Shown one piece after another: positions 27,746 to 40,374 of a DNA stretch of 64,000 bases (the first letter of the stretch is position 1; every line of letters starts with the position of its first letter). This DNA is from Vicinamibacterales bacterium. GTDB lineage: Bacteria > Acidobacteriota > Vicinamibacteria > Vicinamibacterales > CAZQMT01. The position numbers and the translations under genes are program-made. The notes under the pieces were generated by a model. It did no database searches. It worked only from the letters and a program-made list of their open reading frames with translations, and had not been told where the DNA came from. The stretch spans positions 1,132,042 through 1,196,041 of the forward strand of contig CBDAOD010000003.1 in the NCBI GenBank assembly GCA_965197935.1, read 5' to 3'.

Positions 27746-30030
27746 GTCTGCCAGCGCTCGGTCTCGGCCCTTCGGGTCGCGCTCGCCGCGCGCCACGCCC
27801 GGGCGCTCGCGGCCGAAAGGGCCGCGGTGTCACGCTGGTCATCCTGGCCCTGATCGGCGCGCATCCGCCCGCGCGCGCGGCGGGCGCCGACGACGTCAGG
27901 CTACCCGACCCGTCCTACCCGCGGGTGATGGAGCGCTACCTCGCCGGCGATTCGGCCGACGCCCTGGCGCGTCTCGACCGCGCCGTGGCACAGCCGGCGG
28001 CGGACGCCCGCCCGCTCGAAGCGGTCATCCTCCGGGCACATCTGCTCGAGACGCTGGGGCGGCGGCCCGAGAGCCAGGACACCTGGGCCGAGGTGGCGCG
28101 CCGCGAGCGCACGCTCGCCTCGTTCGCGCGACGGGCGATCGTCGAGAGTCTGGTAAGTGGCGATCGCGCCGCCGACGCGGAGCGCCGGTTGGAGGAGCTG
28201 GCGGCCGCCGGACGCGGCGCGATGCCCCTCGACCTCGTCCTCGCCGTCGGGGATGCGTACCGGCGCACCGGCGACCACGCGCGCGCCCTCACCCTCTACG
28301 CCCGGGTGCTCCGCAGACAGCAGCAGGGAGACGCGGCCGATGCGGCGCGTCTCGGGCTCGCGGCCGCGTACGAGGGCCAGGGCGAGCTCGAGCGCGCCCG
28401 GCGGGCCTTCCGCGACGCCCTCTCGAAGCACGCCGTCCCGGGCACATTCGCGACCGCGTGGGAGGGCGAGCGCCGGCTCGCGCTGGCGCTGGGCGAGCCG
28501 CCCGCAGCGATCCCCGAGGACGATCTGCTCTCGCTGACGCGTCGACTTCGCGCCGCCTCGCGCTACGACGACGCGCTGATGGTGCTGGACCGATGGCGCG
28601 ACGCGCATCCCACGACCGCCCGACGCGACCTGATCGAGGCCGAGACGATTGCCACCCTCTACGACGCGCGCGCGAACGATGAGGCGCTGGCCAGATGCGA
28701 GACGTTCGCGGACCGATTCCCGCGCAGCGGCCGTCTACCGCAGGTCAAGCTGACCCAGTTCCGCCTGGCCGTTCGCACGGGCCGCACCGACCTCGTGCGG
28801 TCATGGGGCCGTCCCCTCTGGGAGGGTCGCGTCTCTCCGAGCGACTCGGTCCGGTGGAACGCCGGCGTCCTGCTGGCCGCCTACCTGGTGAGCGTGGGTG
28901 AGCTCGACGAGGGGTTGAGCGTCTACCGCGGTCTGTTCCGTCGCGCCGGGTCCCGGAGCCGCCAGCTCGACATCTTGTGGCGGGCGGGGGTCGCGGCGCT
29001 CAGGGCCGGTCAGCACGAGCGCGCCCGGAGCAACCTACAGGGCGTCGTGCGGCGCCGGCCTGGCGGCACGCTGGCCGCGGCCGCGCGCTACTGGCTCGCC
29101 ATCGCGGACGACCGGCTGGGGCAGCGCCAGGATGCACTCCGCGCGCTCGTCGCCCTCGAGCAGCAGCAGCCGTTCGCCTACCACGGCATCCGCGCACGGG
29201 AGTGGATCGCCCGGGAGACACGACCCGGGGAGGCCGAGCTCCTCCGGACGCTGCGTGAGAGATCCCGGCCGTCGGCGCTCAGCTTCCCGGCGCTCCGTCT
29301 CAGCGACGCGGCGCGCCGCCACACCGACGTCGTGGCGGCGACGCATTTGGCGCGCGCCGGGTTGAAGGTCGAGGCCGCACGGCACGTCCGGCGAGCCCTG
29401 GGCGCGCGCCGGAACGACCGCGCCCTCGCGCTGCTCGCCGCCCGCGCGTCGGCCGAGGCGGGTGCGCACCGGCGCGGGTTGGCGATCCTCGCCGATCACT
29501 TCGGCGGGTTCCTCCGCCGGCCCACCGAAGGCCTGCCGAAGGATTTCTGGCGCCTGGCGTACCCCCGGCCGTTCTGGCGCGACGTCGAACGCGCGGCGGC
29601 CAGCCACGGCGTGGATCCCGTGCTCCTGGTGTCTCTGATGCGGCAGGAATCGCGATTCGACCCGCAGGCCCGCTCGGCGGTGGGTGCGATCGGCCTGTTT
29701 CAGATCATGCCGTACACGGCCGCCGAGCTGGCGCCCAGAATCGGACTGCCGATCCCGGACGACACGCGGCTCATGGAACCGTCCATCAACGCCGCCCTGG
29801 CGGCCACGCTGCTGAGCGATCTGAGGTTGGAATTCGCCGGTGCGATTCCGCCGATCGTCGCGTCCTACAACGCCGGCGAGGACCGCGCGCACGCCTGGTG
29901 GCGCGCCGCACGCGATGTGTCGGAGGAGCTGTTCATCGACACGATCCCCTACTCCGAGACGCGCGGGTTCGTGCGCGAGGTCCTCGCCAACTACGACGCC
30001 TATCGGCGGCTGTATCCCACGGGCGACTAG
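27742..30030 (+). CDS. Soluble lytic murein transglycosylase (Slt70-like: superhelical N-domain plus SLT domain)
   Basis: C-terminal LMRQESRFDPQARSAVGAIGLFQIMPYTA...ASYNAGEDRA is the SLT catalytic signature. The proposed start GTG 27742 overlaps the upstream stop and is uncertain. The first ~140 aa of the track ORF are rejected. Confidence 0.8.
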   Translation: MSLPALGLGPSGRARRAPRPGARGRKGRGVTLVILALIGAHPPARAAGADDVRLPDPSYPRVMERYLAGDSADALARLDRAVAQPAADARPLEAVILRAHLLETLGRRPESQDTWAEVARRERTLASFARRAIVESLVSGDRAADAERRLEELAAAGRGAMPLDLVLAVGDAYRRTGDHARALTLYARVLRRQQQGDAADAARLGLAAAYEGQGELERARRAFRDALSKHAVPGTFATAWEGERRLALALGEPPAAIPEDDLLSLTRRLRAASRYDDALMVLDRWRDAHPTTARRDLIEAETIATLYDARANDEALARCETFADRFPRSGRLPQVKLTQFRLAVRTGRTDLVRSWGRPLWEGRVSPSDSVRWNAGVLLAAYLVSVGELDEGLSVYRGLFRRAGSRSRQLDILWRAGVAALRAGQHERARSNLQGVVRRRPGGTLAAAARYWLAIADDRLGQRQDALRALVALEQQQPFAYHGIRAREWIARETRPGEAELLRTLRERSRPSALSFPALRLSDAARRHTDVVAATHLARAGLKVEAARHVRRALGARRNDRALALLAARASAEAGAHRRGLAILADHFGGFLRRPTEGLPKDFWRLAYPRPFWRDVERAAASHGVDPVLLVSLMRQESRFDPQARSAVGAIGLFQIMPYTAAELAPRIGLPIPDDTRLMEPSINAALAATLLSDLRLEFAGAIPPIVASYNAGEDRAHAWWRAARDVSEELFIDTIPYSETRGFVREVLANYDAYRRLYPTGD

Positions 30031-30412
30031 CCGCCCGCATCGCGGCTATCCGCCTCGCGCGCGAGCGCGCGGCGAGCCCGCTCGAACTCGACATCGAGTG
30101 TCGCAATCCGGTCAGCGGCGCCATCGAGTGTGCCCGAACGGCCAAGCTGCTCCAGCTCCAGGCAGACCTGCTGCATGCGTGTGGCCCCGATGATCGCGCA
30201 GCTCCCCTTGAGCCCGTGCGCGGCCAGCGCGAGTCCGTCCGGCTCCCCTCGCTCGGCCGCCTCCCGGAGCGCGGCGAGTCGAGGCGGGGTGTCCGCCACG
30301 AACAGCCGAGCCAGTTCCCCGATGATGCCGGGCTCGCCGGAGACACCCAGGTCGCGCAGGGCCTCCAGCACCGTCCAGTCGATCGCCGCCGCCCCGGCTC
30401 CAGACTCGGACA

Positions 30413-30416
<4 letters not shown>
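30027..30416 (-). CDS. Histidine phosphotransfer (Hpt) protein
   Basis: AHGLKGSCAIIGATRM contains the HxxKG phospho-His motif. The start (GTG 30416 or ATG 30413) overlaps the kinase stop codon. Confidence 0.8.
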
Positions 30417-32907
<2,491 letters not shown>

Positions 32908-34049
32908 TAGTGTAGTGTCCCTGAAATACATTTACATATCAACGACCTGCGTGCAATATAGGCGGGATGAATGATGCCGCCGCCGCTCTGTCCATGGCCG
33001 CGAAGGATCGGCGACTCCTGGAACAGTGGGCCCGTAGTACGTCGGCCCCGCATCGGGTAGTCATCCGCGCGAAGGCGTTGCTGCTGGCGACCGAGGGGGG
33101 TTCCAACAGCCGCATTGCCGCGACCGTGGACGTCAGCCGGCCGACCGTGCTGGCTTGGCGCGACCGGTTTGGAGAGGAGGGCGTTGATTCGGTGTTCGAG
33201 ATGCGTGAGGGGCGCGGGCGCAAACCGACGATCAGTGCGCGCAGGGTCAAAGCCATCGTCCACGCAACGTTGCACCGCACGCCACCGGGGGCGACCCCCT
33301 GGAGTTGTCGCACGATGGCGAAGGCGCAGGGGGTCAGTCGCTCGACCGTGCAGCGGATCTGGGACGCGCATGGCCTCCAGCCCCATCGAGTGGAGACGTT
33401 CAAGCTGTCGACCGATCCCGCGTTCGTGGAGAAGCTGACGGACGTCGTGGGGCTGTACATGAATCCGCCCGAGAAGGCCGTCGTGCTGTGTGTGGACGAG
33501 AAGAGTCACATTCAGGCGCTGGACCGGACGCAGCCCGGGCTGCCGATGAAGAAGGGCCGCTGTGGGACACTCACGCATGACTACAAGCGCCACGGGACAA
33601 CGACCTTGTTCGCCGCGCTGAAGCATGCTGACCGGGCAGGTCATCGGCGAGTGCCACGGCCGGCATCGGCATCAGGAGTTCCTGAAGTTTCTTCGCCAAC
33701 TCCACCGCGCGTTCCCCTCTCGCCTCGACCTCCACCTCATTCTGGACAACTACGGCACGCATAAACATCCGACCGTGCGGGCCTGGCTGGCGGCCCATCC
33801 GCGCTTCACGCTCCACTTCACCCCTACCGGCGCATCGTGGCTCAACCTCGTCGAGAGTTGGTTCAGCCAGCTCACGCAGAAACGCATCCGCCGCGGGGTG
33901 TTTTGCAGTGTCGACGAACTCGTCGCCGCCATCAACGATTACCTCCAGCGCTACAACGACAACCCCCAACCCTTTGTCTGGACCGCGACGGTCGATACGA
34001 TTCTAGAGAAGGTTGGGAAGTGCAAAGTTATTCTTGGGACACACCACTA
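32908..34049 (+). mobile_element. IS630-family element, copy 2 (~1.14 kb)
   Basis: TA-flanked, with IRs TAGTGTAGTGTCCC... / ...GGGACACACCACTA. Nearly identical to copy 1 but in the opposite orientation. Confidence 0.85.
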
Positions 34050-34050
34050 G
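32967..34050 (+). pseudogene. IS630-family transposase, copy 2, 1-nt insertion near 33623
   Basis: Track ORFs 32967-33764 and 33625-34050 overlap. Copy 2 reads CTGAAGCATGCTG where copy 1 reads CTGAACATGCTG (...[17 protein letters not shown]...). Confidence 0.85.
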
Positions 34051-34052
34051 CA

Positions 34053-34727
34053 CTAGTACACCTGCCGCCAGACGGTGGCCCGGATCGCTGGCATCTGCGC
34101 CGCGCCAGCGCCCGGACCGCGGTCGGATTCGGCCGCGGCCAGCCCGGTGCGCGTCACCGTCACCTCTACGGCGCGGCGGCTGCCGCGCCGGCCATTCCCC
34201 TCGACGGCCTCCACTCTCACCAACAGCATGCCGTTCTCGTCGACCGAGGAATCGCCATCGGTCTCCCAAGGATCATCGGCCACCCAGGCTGAGACGTGAA
34301 CGCGGGCGAACGAGTGAATCCGGCCCGGGACGGCACCGGCGGGCAGGAGCGCCGCGACGGGGGCGTGCCCGTAGAGTCGCCAGACCGGCCGGTTGGCGTC
34401 GGTCCCGAAGAGACGGTCGGTCTCCCTCTGCAGTCGAGCCGTCCGATTCGTGAGATCCGGTGTCGGGGTGACCGGGCCCGGCCATCCCGGTCCGGCGCCC
34501 GCCCCGACGAGCCCGCCCAGCACGGGGTTCCAGTCGGAGGCCCGCATCAGCTCGTGAAGGCTGAGCTCCACACCCGCGTCGGCCGCATAGAGCATGCGCT
34601 GGGCGTCCCGGAAGTTGGCCCCGATCATCGTCTCGGTAACGCTGGTCAGGATCATCCCGAGTCCCAGGGTGGTCAGGAGCGACGTCGACAGCACGGCAAT
34701 CAGCAGGGCGGACCCTCGTTCGTTCAT
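34053..34727 (-). CDS. pilX: PilX-like type IV pilus minor component
   Basis: MNERGSALLIAVLSTSLLTTLGLGMILTSVTETMIGANFRDAQRMLYAADAGVE is a typical PilX N-terminal domain. The stop codon lies 3 nt from the IS630 end, so the native C-terminus is uncertain. Confidence 0.65.
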   Translation of the reverse strand: MNERGSALLIAVLSTSLLTTLGLGMILTSVTETMIGANFRDAQRMLYAADAGVELSLHELMRASDWNPVLGGLVGAGAGPGWPGPVTPTPDLTNRTARLQRETDRLFGTDANRPVWRLYGHAPVAALLPAGAVPGRIHSFARVHVSAWVADDPWETDGDSSVDENGMLLVRVEAVEGNGRRGSRRAVEVTVTRTGLAAAESDRGPGAGAAQMPAIRATVWRQVY

Positions 34728-34769
34728 CAGACCTTCCTACGCGCATACGCTCCCGCGTTCACGACGGTC

Positions 34770-35927
34770 TCAGCGACCGAGGTTCAAGTTACGCGGCGTG
34801 ACCTCGAAGGTGAGCGTGTAGTCGGGCACATAGCGGGCCCCGCCGGACGACAGACCGGCTCGGGCGAAGCGGCGCGGATCCCTCCCGCGCAGGGAATCCT
34901 GACTCGCCTGGACGCGGATCGTCACGCGGACCTTCCGGATTCGTAGCAAGTCGCCATCGAACCGGTTGGGTGCCACGCCGCAGACCGGTCCATCCGTCAA
35001 CTGCGCTGCCTCGAGACGCGTAAGCGTGGTGCCGCCGAGATCGGTCAGCCGTGGAGTGGGTGGAACCCCAGGGTCGTAGAGGCAACTGCGTCCGCCTGGG
35101 GCCGGGGGCGGCACCGCGGTGGGCGCCGGGTCCGCATAGTACGCAAAGTCCAGCCCGACCACGTCGTCTGCGACGACAGCCTCGAAGCGGTGGCCGTCGT
35201 AGCGCATGAGACGGCGGCTCTCGGCATCGTGGTAGTACACGCGGTGGACCACCTCGCTGACGTAGATTGGCGGGACAGCCGGGACGATCGGGGCCGGGGC
35301 GACTGGGGGCGCCGCCTGCCCATAGGCTCGAGAGAACGGAGGATGCCCGAGCGTGGCGGGCCCCACCCGATCGACCGTGAAGAGATCGTACCCCAGCCCC
35401 GCGCCGCCAGCGTCGAAGATCAGTGCACGCATACCGGGCAGGAAGCCGCAAGCCGGAAGCGGGCATCCCGGTCCGCCCGCGTGGATGGGCACGTCGCTGC
35501 CAGTCGATCCCATCGCTGCCGACAGCGTCGTTTGGCTACGTGCGTGCGTCGCGTACACGATACTGATCCGATCCCGGGCAAAGGCCAGCTCCCCATCCGG
35601 CGCCCGCAGACCACGGCGCGCCGGCCTGAGTGCAGGGAACGCGCGGCCGAGGGCACCATCGACGCCGGCACGCCCCGGCCCGCCTCCGGCCATCAGCAGG
35701 TCACCCGAGATCAGGGTCGCGGCAGCCCGCATGCGCTGCTGCACGTCGGCCGCGGCCAGCTGCGTGCGGAAACCGCTCTGGCCGCTCCCGAGCATTTCCA
35801 CGAGCGCGCCCACGGCGACCGCCATGATGCCCATCGAGACGGCCAGCTCGACCAGCGTGAACCCCGTGTCGCCGTCGGCGACCCGGCGCCCGCCGGGTCG
35901 CGTGACGGCCCGGGTCGGGTGACTCAT
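34770..35927 (-). CDS. pilW: PilW-like minor pilin (prepilin-type N-terminal methylation domain)
   Basis: ...DGDTG/FTLVELAVSMGIMAVAVGALVEML prepilin cleavage motif. The ATG overlaps the upstream stop (ATGA). Confidence 0.7.
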   Translation of the reverse strand: MSHPTRAVTRPGGRRVADGDTGFTLVELAVSMGIMAVAVGALVEMLGSGQSGFRTQLAAADVQQRMRAAATLISGDLLMAGGGPGRAGVDGALGRAFPALRPARRGLRAPDGELAFARDRISIVYATHARSQTTLSAAMGSTGSDVPIHAGGPGCPLPACGFLPGMRALIFDAGGAGLGYDLFTVDRVGPATLGHPPFSRAYGQAAPPVAPAPIVPAVPPIYVSEVVHRVYYHDAESRRLMRYDGHRFEAVVADDVVGLDFAYYADPAPTAVPPPAPGGRSCLYDPGVPPTPRLTDLGGTTLTRLEAAQLTDGPVCGVAPNRFDGDLLRIRKVRVTIRVQASQDSLRGRDPRRFARAGLSSGGARYVPDYTLTFEVTPRNLNLGR

Positions 35928-36529
35928 CGGGCCCTCCGGGTCCGCAGCGTGACGAGGTGGGTGCCGTCCGCCAGGCTGCGCCCGGGCGCACGCCCGCGCT
36001 GCTCACGATGCAGGGGAACCACGACGACCTGCAACGCGAGCACGTCAGGACTGCCCGCCAGCGGCGTCACGGCCCAGCGGCGGATGAAGGCCGTGACAGG
36101 CGGCGGTGTCGGGCCGTGTCCCACCCAGGCCCCGGAGGCGTCCACGTAATCGACGTAGGGAGGCATGTTGCGCTCGAGCGCCATGGACGGAGCGTGACCG
36201 AGCCCCGGCCCACCGTCGCCAGGAGGGTCGACGCTCAGATCGGTCGTCAGATCGGAGACGCGCCGGCCCGGGGTGCCGCCAGGCCCCAGCTCGTAGGCCC
36301 AGAGCAGCGCGCGAAGCTGTTCGATCTTCGTTCCCGCGATCATCGCGGTGGACGTCTGGCGCCGGGCGCTCGCGGTGGCGGTCACGGCCATCCCCAGGAG
36401 CTGGGCGGCACCGATGGCGCCGATGGTCATCAGGAGCACCGCGACGAGGACCTCGACGAGCGTGATGCCGGCCTGGGCAGAGGCCAGGAATCTGGTGTGC
36501 CTCCGATCGCCGGTTCCGTGTACCCGCAT
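35924..36529 (-). CDS. PilV-like minor pilin
   Basis: ...ASAQAG/ITLVEVLVAVLLMTIGAIGAAQLLGMAV prepilin-type N-terminus. The start is ATG 36529 or 36547. The upstream 50+ aa of the track ORF are rejected. Confidence 0.6.
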   Translation of the reverse strand: MRVHGTGDRRHTRFLASAQAGITLVEVLVAVLLMTIGAIGAAQLLGMAVTATASARRQTSTAMIAGTKIEQLRALLWAYELGPGGTPGRRVSDLTTDLSVDPPGDGGPGLGHAPSMALERNMPPYVDYVDASGAWVGHGPTPPPVTAFIRRWAVTPLAGSPDVLALQVVVVPLHREQRGRAPGRSLADGTHLVTLRTRRAR

Positions 36530-36613
36530 GGCTGCTCCCTGCCTCATGGCCGCGACACGGTGGCCAACACCGCCGCCTCCCCCTCGCAAGTCCGACGTCG
36601 GCGCTCCGGGACT

Positions 36614-36629
36614 TGCAAGCCGCGATCCG
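36614..36629 (-). promoter_or_regulatory. Candidate sigma-54 promoter for the minor-pilin operon
   Basis: Minus strand reads CGGATC-GCGGC-TTGCA. The GG and TTGCA elements have correct spacing, but the -24 hexamer is only 3/6 to TGGCAC. It lies 65-85 nt upstream of the pilV-like start. Confidence 0.3.
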
Positions 36630-36800
36630 ATCCGGTGAGCGCGCGGCGACGACGCCTGCGCGGGGGCGACGGTCGGCCCGACCGCCGGCGGGGGGTGCCC
36701 AGACATTGCACCGGGCGCGCGGGCATCCAGCCGACGGCAGGGCAGAAACTGCGCGGCGAGGGCCCGGAGGGGAGCACCGAGGGGATTGGGGCGGGTGGGA

Positions 36801-37568
36801 TCAGTAGAAGGAGAGATACCAGTCGATCATCGCGTCGCCCGTCAACCCGGCCCAGAGCGCCGCCACCGCAAGAAAGGAGCCGAACGGCAGCGCGTATTTC
36901 ATGCCGCCTTGACCCGCGGCGATCATCAGGACTCCGACGATCGACCCGAGCAACGAGGACAGTACCAACGTCAGGACCGCCAGCTGCCAGCCCAGGAAGG
37001 CTCCGACCATCCCCAGCATCTTGACGTCGCCCATCCCCATGCCGTCCTCCCCGCGCACCCGATAGTAGAGCTCGGCGATCGCCCACAGGCCTCCCCCCCC
37101 TATCAGGATCCCGAGCAGGGACGCCACCCACCCCGGCGGCAGAAACAGGCTGAAGACGAAGCCGCACACGATACCAGGCACGGTGACGAGGTTCGGCAGG
37201 ATGCGGTGCTCCAGGTCGGTCACGAAGAGCACCACCATGGCCGCGACGAAGACCAGCCGTGGCACCAGGAGCGGCTGCCACCCCAGCTGCCAGTAGTACG
37301 CGACGAACAGCAGAGCGGTCGTGATCTCCACGAGCGGGTATCTGATCGAGATCGGTGCGCGGCATGCCCGACACCGACCGCGCAGGAGCGCGTACCCCAG
37401 CAACGGGACGTTGTCGAACCAGCGGAGGGAGCGTCCGCACGCCGGACAGCGCGAGGCGGGGGTCACGACCGACTCCTTCCGGGGGAGCCGGTAGATACAC
37501 ACGTTGAGGAAGGACCCCAACGCGAGGCCCAGGGTGATCACCAGGAGGAGCGGTCCGCTATCTGGCAT
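36801..37568 (-). CDS. pilD: Prepilin peptidase / N-methyltransferase (A24 family)
   Basis: LGSFLNVCIYRLP, the Cys pairs CPACG...CRAC, and multi-TM peptidase A24 body with GMGDVKMLG. Confidence 0.9.
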   Translation of the reverse strand: MPDSGPLLLVITLGLALGSFLNVCIYRLPRKESVVTPASRCPACGRSLRWFDNVPLLGYALLRGRCRACRAPISIRYPLVEITTALLFVAYYWQLGWQPLLVPRLVFVAAMVVLFVTDLEHRILPNLVTVPGIVCGFVFSLFLPPGWVASLLGILIGGGGLWAIAELYYRVRGEDGMGMGDVKMLGMVGAFLGWQLAVLTLVLSSLLGSIVGVLMIAAGQGGMKYALPFGSFLAVAALWAGLTGDAMIDWYLSFY

Positions 37569-37574
37569 GAGGCA

Positions 37575-38492
37575 TCAGGGCACGGGCGCGACGCGAGGGG
37601 GCTCGGTGGGCAGGGGAAAGAGGAGCGAGTCGGCCGACAGCGCCACCGTGCCAGACCGCGGCTCCAAGAGATAGCCCGCGCCGGCGGGATCGACGGGCGG
37701 CGCCGTCACGTATCCCGCCGAGACGAGCTCGTCCCACGTGCCGGGAAACGCACCCGCGTCGAGGGCGAAGTCGTGAACGATCTCCTCGAGCCGATCCAGC
37801 TCGTCCATCGCCACGAGCTGGCTGAGCCTCCGGTCAGCCTCGGACCGTAGCCAGTCGTGATCCGCGGTTTCGCTGATCTGCTGCCACAACACACGCGACG
37901 CCTGACGATCGCCGCCGTGCGCCACGGTCGAGGCGGCGAGCGACTCGAGCCACCACGGCGAGTCTGGTATCTCGTGCGCCTTTCGGAACCACGCGGCCGC
38001 CGCACGATAGTCGTGAAGCCACCAGTAGTGCACGAAGCCGATGTCCATGGCGTACTGCCACTTCGCCGGCGTGGCCTCGAGGCCCTTTTCCAGTAGTGCG
38101 ATGGCCAGATCGGGACGACCCGGGCCGTTGGGATACTCCTCGGTCAGGAAGATCGCACCAAACCGGAACGCGATCGTGAAGTGGGGATCCAGCGATGTCG
38201 TGATGTCGAGCAGGGGGCCGAGCTGGTCATAGCGCTTGTCGGCCAACTCCGACCGCTTGACGTCCCCGTAGTGCTGGAGCGCGCGGATCCAGTACACATC
38301 GGATGCGACCTCGTCGAACGCCAGCGTCAATCGCCGCAGCGTGGCGCCGCTCGGGACGTAGAGCAGATCGGGAGACGCCGGGTCCGGCACGGCGCGCCGG
38401 TCACGGACGACCTGTAGCAGCACGCTCACCCCGAGCAACGCTGCCACGGTCGCAGCAACCCACCGTCCACTGGCCCCGACACGTCTGCCCAT
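37575..38492 (-). CDS. Membrane-anchored TPR-like repeat protein, unknown function
   Basis: N-terminal anchor WVAATVAALLGVSVLLQVV, then helical repeats rich in W/Y/A/L (...YWIRALQHYG..., ...AIALLEKGLEATP..., ...DYRAAAAWFRKAHEIP...). It sits between the ABC-2 permease and pilD. Confidence 0.5.
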   Translation of the reverse strand: MGRRVGASGRWVAATVAALLGVSVLLQVVRDRRAVPDPASPDLLYVPSGATLRRLTLAFDEVASDVYWIRALQHYGDVKRSELADKRYDQLGPLLDITTSLDPHFTIAFRFGAIFLTEEYPNGPGRPDLAIALLEKGLEATPAKWQYAMDIGFVHYWWLHDYRAAAAWFRKAHEIPDSPWWLESLAASTVAHGGDRQASRVLWQQISETADHDWLRSEADRRLSQLVAMDELDRLEEIVHDFALDAGAFPGTWDELVSAGYVTAPPVDPAGAGYLLEPRSGTVALSADSLLFPLPTEPPRVAPVP

Positions 38493-38509
38493 CGTCCACC
38501 GTCACGCGG

Positions 38510-39316
38510 TTACTTGAAATCCCTCCGGCCGAAGATCCACGCCGCCGCGACGAGCAGGGCCGACACGTAGACCAGTCCGTAGCCGATCGTCAATAGCATC
38601 TGATCCGTGTCGACCGGTAACGCGTGGACGACCCGGCCCTTCACATCGAACGGCGCGAGGTTGGGAAGCACGTAGTAGAGCGCGCGTCCGAGATACGCGG
38701 CTGGTGTGAAATCGACGACGTTCTCGAAGTGCCGCAGGTCCGCATTAAGATGCCCGACGACATACAGACCGGCCGTCAGAGCCGCAGAGAGGATGGGGCT
38801 CGAGAACGTCGAAAAGAGGACCGCAACCGCGGTCACGATCATCAGCTCGACCATGATGAGCAGCACGGCCTTCAGCATCGCCGGGTCCAGGGCCGGCGCC
38901 TCCCATCCTCTCTTGAACTCCTCGGCTTCGGTCACGTCCATGTAGCCGAGTACGGCGTACAGCGCGACCGTCATCACCGACACGTTGACCAGCAAGGTCA
39001 GCACCAGGCCGGCATACTTGCCCACGATGAGCTGGGAGCGCCGCATCGGCTTGGCGAGCACGGAGCAGATGCTGCGGCGCTCCACCTCCTTCGACACCAG
39101 CCCGATCCCGATGAAGACCGCGATGAACAGCCCAAACAACGAGATGGACGAGAGCCCCAGGTCCTTGATGATCTTGACTTCCTGGCCGGCCGTCAGCTGG
39201 CCGAGGACAATCGAAGCGGCGATCAGGAGCACCGCGAAGAAGACCAGGTTGTACAAGACCTTATCGCGGACCGATTCTCGGAAGACGTTGACGGCGATGT
39301 AGGCGATCACCCGCAC
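38510..39316 (-). CDS. ABC-2 type transporter permease (position of Myxococcus PilI)
   Basis: Six-TM-type sequence VIAYIAVNVFRESVRDKVLYNLVFFAVLL... The proposed start GTG 39316 is uncertain, and the track ORF extends artefactually to 39805. Confidence 0.7.
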   Translation of the reverse strand: MRVIAYIAVNVFRESVRDKVLYNLVFFAVLLIAASIVLGQLTAGQEVKIIKDLGLSSISLFGLFIAVFIGIGLVSKEVERRSICSVLAKPMRRSQLIVGKYAGLVLTLLVNVSVMTVALYAVLGYMDVTEAEEFKRGWEAPALDPAMLKAVLLIMVELMIVTAVAVLFSTFSSPILSAALTAGLYVVGHLNADLRHFENVVDFTPAAYLGRALYYVLPNLAPFDVKGRVVHALPVDTDQMLLTIGYGLVYVSALLVAAAWIFGRRDFK

Positions 39317-39360
39317 GCGCAGATCTCCACGCCAATCGCCCGTGATGCACTCACGGGCCG

Positions 39361-40374
39361 CTACGGTGACTGGCCGACCACGTTGCGGCTGCGCTCGCGA
39401 GTGGCGCCACGACCCGGTGTGGCGGCCTCGGCCGGGTCCTGACCCCCGGCGGCCCTGACGGTCCGCTCGAAGATGTCCTCGAGGGTATGCCGTACCGGGT
39501 TGAGCGAGACGAGCCGCGCGCCACCCGTCGAGAGATGCGCCAGCACCCGATCCGGGGTACACCCGGCCGACAGCTCGATCGCGTAGCGGCGACCCGTGAT
39601 CGGCGTGGTGCGCACGATGGCCGTCCCGAGGCCGTCGAGCGTGCTCCGATCGAGGTCGTCCACCACGAGCTCCCAACCCCGAACGTCGAACGCCAGGTCG
39701 GTCAACCTGCCCTGAGCACGCAGACGCCCCCCCACGAGGATGCCGACACGGCTGCAGACCGCCTCGGCGTCGGCCAGGATGTGAGAGCAGAAGAACACCG
39801 CGCAACCACGGTCACGCAGTCGCAGGATCAGCGACCGAACATCCTTCCGTCCGAGCGGGTCGAGGCCGGACATCGGCTCGTCGAGGAACAGCACGTCGGG
39901 GTCATTGATCAGCGCCTGGGCGATGCCGACACGCTGCAGCATCCCCTTGGAGAACCGGCGCAGCTGCATCCGTCGCTCGGCGCCGATCCCAAGCTCGTCC
40001 AGGAGCCCGGCCACCCGGCGCGTGCGATCGGCCGAGCGGTATCCGAATAGCCCGGCGAAATAGTGCAGCAGCTCCTCGGCCGTCAGGTGGTCGTAGAAGT
40101 ATGGTTGCTCCGGCAGGTACCCGATGCGGCGCTTCGACTCGACATCACCGAGCGGCCGGCCCAGGATCTCCCCATGCCCCGACGTCGGGAACACGAGCTG
40201 CAGCAGCAGCTTCAACGTGGTCGTCTTCCCGGCGCCGTTCGGGCCAAGGAATCCGAAGACCTCACCACCGTCGATCTCGAGCGTCAAACCATCCAGGACC
40301 CGATGCGACCGTGCGCGCCAGAAGCCGACCGGGTAGTCCTTGGTCAGCGTCTCGGTCCTGATCGCGTGGGTCAC
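39361..40374 (-). CDS. ABC transporter ATP-binding protein (position of Myxococcus PilH)
   Basis: GTG 40374 overlaps the upstream stop. Walker A GPNGAGKTT, signature FSKGMLQR, Walker B LFLDEPMSGLD. The track ORF N-terminal ~157 aa are rejected. Confidence 0.85.
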   Translation of the reverse strand: MTHAIRTETLTKDYPVGFWRARSHRVLDGLTLEIDGGEVFGFLGPNGAGKTTTLKLLLQLVFPTSGHGEILGRPLGDVESKRRIGYLPEQPYFYDHLTAEELLHYFAGLFGYRSADRTRRVAGLLDELGIGAERRMQLRRFSKGMLQRVGIAQALINDPDVLFLDEPMSGLDPLGRKDVRSLILRLRDRGCAVFFCSHILADAEAVCSRVGILVGGRLRAQGRLTDLAFDVRGWELVVDDLDRSTLDGLGTAIVRTTPITGRRYAIELSAGCTPDRVLAHLSTGGARLVSLNPVRHTLEDIFERTVRAAGGQDPAEAATPGRGATRERSRNVVGQSP

